Shown here: piece by piece, positions 59,839 to 64,000 of the stretch
Numbering within the stretch: the first letter of the stretch is position 1
How the letters are laid out: every line of letters begins with the position of its first letter
Virus record (IMG/VR): IMGVR_UViG_3300037067_013378
Coordinates: 71,614-135,613 of that record
DNA length: 64,000 nucleotides
Strand: one strand, 5' to 3'
Origin: a virus
Taxonomy: Duplodnaviria > Caudoviricetes
The notes under the pieces: model-generated
Databases searched by the model: none
What the model was told of the DNA's origin: nothing
The model's input: only the letters and a program-made list of their open reading frames with translations
Position numbers and translations under genes: made by a program

Positions 59839-60924
59839 TTATAATTTTAAATATCTAAAATCTTGTTTATAATCTATTTCTAAAAGTGTGTTATAAATTA
59901 AATTTATGGCTTCTTCAACATCATCCATATTAATCATTTCAACTGTTGTGTGCATATATTTTAATGGTATAGATATTAAAGCAGTTGGTATGTTATTTAA
60001 AAAAGCTTTATCTGCATTAGTACCACCATTACCAGTTGATATTGCATTTTTATATTTTATATTATTTACACTTGCTGTTTCTTTAAATAAATTTAAAAGA
60101 TTTTTTTGAACACAGGTACTATTTGTTAAAATTGCACCATCACCAAGTTTTGCATCACAACCCAACATTTTTTTGGAACTTACCAAAGGATTTGTTGAAT
60201 CAAAAAATACATCAAATATAATTGCAACATCAGGTTGAATGTTTTTTGTTGCTATTTGTATACCAAATCCACCAACTTCTTCTTGTACACTATTTAAAAT
60301 ATATAGATCATATGGTAGTTGTTTTTTATTTTCAAATATTTTTTTAACTACCATAGTGTTAATATAACTACCAATTTTATCATCTAATGATTTACCAACT
60401 AAAAATTTATCATTTAAAAATCTTGCTTTTACATTATAAATAATAGGATCACCTATTTCAACACCCATATTTATTACTTCTTCTTTAGATGTTGCACCAA
60501 TATCAATAAATAAATTTTTTGCTTCTGGTTTAATGGATGCATCACCATCTCTTTTTAAATGAATAGGTATCCAACCAAAAACACCATCAACTTCACCATT
60601 TTTAGTTAAAATAGTAATATCTTTTGATAAAGCAAGTTGAATATCACTTCCACCATTTTTTATTGGGTGAATTAAACCATTATCATCTATATGATTAACA
60701 ACATAAGATATTTCATCTATGTGAGCATCAATAAGAACTTTAAATGGTTCTTTTGTTGGGTATATTTTCGATTTTATTACACCATATGTATTACCATAAT
60801 TATCTTCCTTAACATAATCAACATAATTTTTAATGTAATCACTCCAGAATTTTTGAAGTTTTGATTCATACATAACTGGACTTGGTGTGTTAATTAAATC
60901 TAATAAAAAATCTTTATCTTTCAT
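59839..60924 (-). CDS. M42 family aminopeptidase
   Basis: DAHIDEI, LDDK, VQEEVG, YMHT. Confidence 0.92.
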   Translation of the reverse strand: MKDKDFLLDLINTPSPVMYESKLQKFWSDYIKNYVDYVKEDNYGNTYGVIKSKIYPTKEPFKVLIDAHIDEISYVVNHIDDNGLIHPIKNGGSDIQLALSKDITILTKNGEVDGVFGWIPIHLKRDGDASIKPEAKNLFIDIGATSKEEVINMGVEIGDPIIYNVKARFLNDKFLVGKSLDDKIGSYINTMVVKKIFENKKQLPYDLYILNSVQEEVGGFGIQIATKNIQPDVAIIFDVFFDSTNPLVSSKKMLGCDAKLGDGAILTNSTCVQKNLLNLFKETASVNNIKYKNAISTGNGGTNADKAFLNNIPTALISIPLKYMHTTVEMINMDDVEEAINLIYNTLLEIDYKQDFRYLKL

Positions 60925-61072
60925 AGCTTTTAAATATTTTTAATAAAAATAATATTTTTTTGTTATATTAACAAATAAAACAAAAAATATTTTTAATTAT
61001 AAATATATAGATTATATTTTGGTTATGTTAAAAACTATAAGTATATTTGAAAAAATACATTCTTAATATTAT

Positions 61073-61483
61073 ATGAAGAGATCAGCAGGTTTAGTTATTA
61101 TTTATGACAATAAGATTTTATTAGTACATCCAACAAAACACCCTTGGATTCATTCTTTTAGTATACCAAAAGGTATGATTGAAGAAAACGAAACTGTTTT
61201 AGATGCAGCAATTAGAGAAACATTTGAAGAAGTTGGTTTATTTATAGATAAAAATCAAATAAAAGATAATGAAGAATATCTAATATGTTATAGAGATAAA
61301 CATAATAAAATATATAAAAAAATTTATTACTATATTGTTAATTTAGAATATAATGATTTCGATGTTATACCTTTTCAAAATCTTCAAGTAGAAGAAGTTG
61401 ATTGGGCTGGATTTTTATCTAAAGAAGAAGCAATTAAAAGAATAAGTCCTAAATTAATTTCGGTTTTAGACCATTTAAAATAA
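61073..61483 (+). CDS. NUDIX hydrolase
   Basis: SIPKG..AAIRETFEEVG..EVD. Confidence 0.88.
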   Translation: MKRSAGLVIIYDNKILLVHPTKHPWIHSFSIPKGMIEENETVLDAAIRETFEEVGLFIDKNQIKDNEEYLICYRDKHNKIYKKIYYYIVNLEYNDFDVIPFQNLQVEEVDWAGFLSKEEAIKRISPKLISVLDHLK

Positions 61484-61489
61484 TTTTTT

Positions 61490-61948
61490 ATGTTAATAAA
61501 TAATAGTGTATTTAAAGAATTATTAAAGTATGATTCTATATTTTTTCTACTTAATGATAATTATATAAATAGAAAACTCGTATCATCTTTATATAAAGAT
61601 TTATATAATTATAATAATGATATTGAATATGTTTCAGATATTTATAGTTATAGAAGAAAAGATGAAGATAAAAATATATTTTTTATAAATAATTATATTA
61701 ATAAATCTAATTATCAATTTAATGTTTATAAAAATGATAAATTTATTATTGTTGGTTATGATGATAACGTATTAAATAATTTATTAAAGACAATAGATTT
61801 AGTAATTTCTTCTCCATTTGAAGATGATTTTTTCATATTAAAGGATAGATATAATTTTATATATTATAATGATTTTTTTAAGTATCTAAATTCATTAAGA
61901 AAAAATATAATTAGACAAGAAAAAATAAAATCTCTTGAAATTTTTTAA
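61490..61948 (+). CDS. Hypothetical protein with RxxK motif
   Basis: RQEKIKSL. Confidence 0.55.
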   Translation: MLINNSVFKELLKYDSIFFLLNDNYINRKLVSSLYKDLYNYNNDIEYVSDIYSYRRKDEDKNIFFINNYINKSNYQFNVYKNDKFIIVGYDDNVLNNLLKTIDLVISSPFEDDFFILKDRYNFIYYNDFFKYLNSLRKNIIRQEKIKSLEIF

Positions 61949-62006
61949 TAATTTTTTAAACATTTTAATAAATATTGTATATAAATAAAAAATAATTTTT
62001 ATAAAA

Positions 62007-62399
62007 ATGGAAAGTATAATAGCATTTAGTTTAATTAGTGTTCTTTTGATTGTTGCTGGTTTTATGTTTTTTATAAATAAAAAGAAAGAAACGGCATCTG
62101 TACCAGATGAAACTACAGAAATAATTGGTAATGAATGGAAAACACAATCTTTAGAAAGTACTAAAGAATTTGTTGATAACACACTTAAAGAAATTAAAAA
62201 TGATGCCATCAATAAAGAAAAAAGTAAAAAAGTAGTTAAGAAGGTAAAAACTACGGTTCTTGAAGAAGGTAAAGAAATAAGTAATAATAAAGTTGTTACT
62301 TCACCAAAACCTAAGATTGTAAAATCACCACAAAAAGCTAAACCTAAATCTAAAACTTCTACTACAAAGAAGAATAAAACAACTAAACCTAAGAATTAA
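62007..62399 (+). CDS. Membrane-anchored protein with Lys-rich tail
   Basis: N-terminal TM, K/P/T-rich C-terminus. Confidence 0.65.
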   Translation: MESIIAFSLISVLLIVAGFMFFINKKKETASVPDETTEIIGNEWKTQSLESTKEFVDNTLKEIKNDAINKEKSKKVVKKVKTTVLEEGKEISNNKVVTSPKPKIVKSPQKAKPKSKTSTTKKNKTTKPKN

Positions 62400-62402
62400 T
62401 TT

Positions 62403-62429
62403 AAAAAGCCACATTAAAGTGGCTTTTTT
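62403..62429. terminator. Bidirectional intrinsic terminator
   Basis: AAAAAGCCAC/GTGGCTTTTT. Confidence 0.8.
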
Positions 62430-62432
62430 CAT

Positions 62433-63293
62433 TTAAAATGTATTAATATCATTTTCATCAATAATTCCTAATTCTGATAATTTATCTCTAACTGCTGCAT
62501 ATTTTTTGGGGTCTTCTAAATTAGCTATTGCTTGTAATATTTTTTTAACACCTTCTTTATTTTTTGTGTTTTTAATATTATTTACAATTTCATCTAAATC
62601 GTCAGCATTAACATTTAAAGATTCTTTAGATATTTCTCCAATATTTTTTGTTATTTTATTATAAATATTAGAATCAAACCATTGTTTTAAAATATCTCTT
62701 AAATTGTTTATTTGATCTTGTGTTACTTCATTTTTTGATGTTTCACCACTAACATTAGCATCTTTTTCGTTTTCTTTAAAACCTATTGGATTTTTTAATA
62801 TAGAAAAATTCTCAATATTTAAATCACTACCTAAATTTTCAATTAAAGAATCTGTAAAACCTTTAATATATTCTATTCTTTTTTTATCATCTTTTTGATC
62901 AAATATTTTTTTAAAACCTTTTGGAGGATTATCACCAAATATTTCACTAAAAGATATTTTAGTGTTTGATAATTTTTTTGATGCCGTAGTAAATGCTGAA
63001 TATAAACTTATAATATTTGAATAAGAAGCATCCCTAAGTTTAATTAAATCACTAACGTTTTCTAAATCTTTAGTAAAATTTTCTTTACTTATTATAATAA
63101 ATCTTTTTAAAATATCAAAAACTTCTTTTGGTTTTCTCTTGTTTTCGATATCTTTAAAAACTCTTTGAGTTTGTTCTGTGTAGATTTTATCTATACCTTG
63201 AAACATCATATTAAATAGTTTTTTTAAAAAATCAAAAATACCTGCTTCATTTAACACTTCTGTATACGTTTCAAAAGTTTTTAAATATTTCAT
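62433..63293 (-). CDS. Hypothetical (putative virion internal) protein
   Basis: MKYLKTFE..LNE N-terminus. Confidence 0.65.
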   Translation of the reverse strand: MKYLKTFETYTEVLNEAGIFDFLKKLFNMMFQGIDKIYTEQTQRVFKDIENKRKPKEVFDILKRFIIISKENFTKDLENVSDLIKLRDASYSNIISLYSAFTTASKKLSNTKISFSEIFGDNPPKGFKKIFDQKDDKKRIEYIKGFTDSLIENLGSDLNIENFSILKNPIGFKENEKDANVSGETSKNEVTQDQINNLRDILKQWFDSNIYNKITKNIGEISKESLNVNADDLDEIVNNIKNTKNKEGVKKILQAIANLEDPKKYAAVRDKLSELGIIDENDINTF

Positions 63294-63364
63294 TATATTT
63301 CATATTAGTTTTTAACTATATATAAAAATAAAATATTTGAAGTATATTATTTTAATATATAAAC

Positions 63365-64000
63365 ATGAACAATAATTCTAATATTATTATAAAAATTAAA
63401 ATATTTATCAAGATGTATAATGAAATGAGTTTTCTTTTTAATAAAACTATTAAAAGTAATAAATTTTTAGATTTAGATGCATCACAAGTTTCTAATGAAA
63501 ATACTTTATGGGGTGAGGTTAAGCCAAATTCAAATAACTATACTGTTTATAAGGATTTGAATTATTTCAATTCACAACCTGGACAAATACAAAATTATAT
63601 TAAAGAGAAAATATATGATAATGATAGTGATGACACAAATCCATATATTTCTTTATTGAAAGATACACACTTTCAAACTGGTTCAAAAAGATTAAAACCA
63701 TCATATTTCACATATTTAAGAGATTTGGGTGTATATCCTTTAAATAGACTTATAATATTAAGAAGATTTCCAGAAGGTGTTGCTGTTCATGATAATTTAG
63801 AACGAATAGCTGCTACACCAATTGCAACTGTTATAGGATGGGTTAAAGAAGATTCTGAAATATTTGATATATCTTTTAATGAAGATTGGACTACTGAAAA
63901 AAGGTATTTACATGAAGTTGTTTATGATATATTACAGAATGAATTTAAAATAGGTGGTGCAGATAAAGTTATTCCACACCCGGGTTGGACACAAGGTTTA
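63365..64000 (+). CDS. 3'-partial hypothetical protein
   Basis: Open frame to window end (YLRDLGVYPLNRLIILRRFPEG), late motif at 63351. Confidence 0.6.
   Translation, partial: MNNNSNIIIKIKIFIKMYNEMSFLFNKTIKSNKFLDLDASQVSNENTLWGEVKPNSNNYTVYKDLNYFNSQPGQIQNYIKEKIYDNDSDDTNPYISLLKDTHFQTGSKRLKPSYFTYLRDLGVYPLNRLIILRRFPEGVAVHDNLERIAATPIATVIGWVKEDSEIFDISFNEDWTTEKRYLHEVVYDILQNEFKIGGADKVIPHPGWTQGL

Noticed and set aside
10074-62212. Shadow ORFs (10074, 12548, 13837, 13970, 28206, 29530, 37101, 49181, 50432, 50656, 54757, 55361, 57095, 57373, 58769, 59906, 61895)
   Set aside because: Antisense or out-of-frame overlaps of better-supported genes.
1-64000. Stop-codon reassignment (as in some large phages)
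   Set aside because: Long conserved genes are intact in the standard code; the two internal stops are TAA, the main stop codon; no suppressor tRNA was found.

Overview
Very AT-rich segment of a large (jumbo/huge) phage genome in the standard genetic code. The host is probably Bacteroidota, judged from repeated TAnnTTTG (-7) and TTTG (-33) promoters. The window holds 27 tRNA genes in three arrays with almost non-overlapping decoding sets: + 755-3743, - 33057-19999 and + 40912-48779. It also carries a group I intron in tRNA-Arg(UCU), a minimal RNase P RNA, an RNA resembling the uL11-binding domain of 23S rRNA, eight homing-endonuclease-like genes beside tRNAs, a TnpB-only IS200/IS605 element, RNA-repair and proteostasis genes (RNA ligase, HD protein, ClpS/ClpC, Hsp20, M42), and three families of small proteins sharing short terminal motifs. 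The main finding is that each of the two divergent tRNA arrays is headed by a paralogous cassette: promoter, short unannotated leader ORF, antiterminator/terminator, then boxA-like elements. In each leader a long run of consecutive codons is read by the tRNAs of its own array. This suggests a ribosome-sensing attenuator that turns on phage tRNA supply when the matching host tRNAs are depleted. All calls were made by eye; no searches or folding programs were run.
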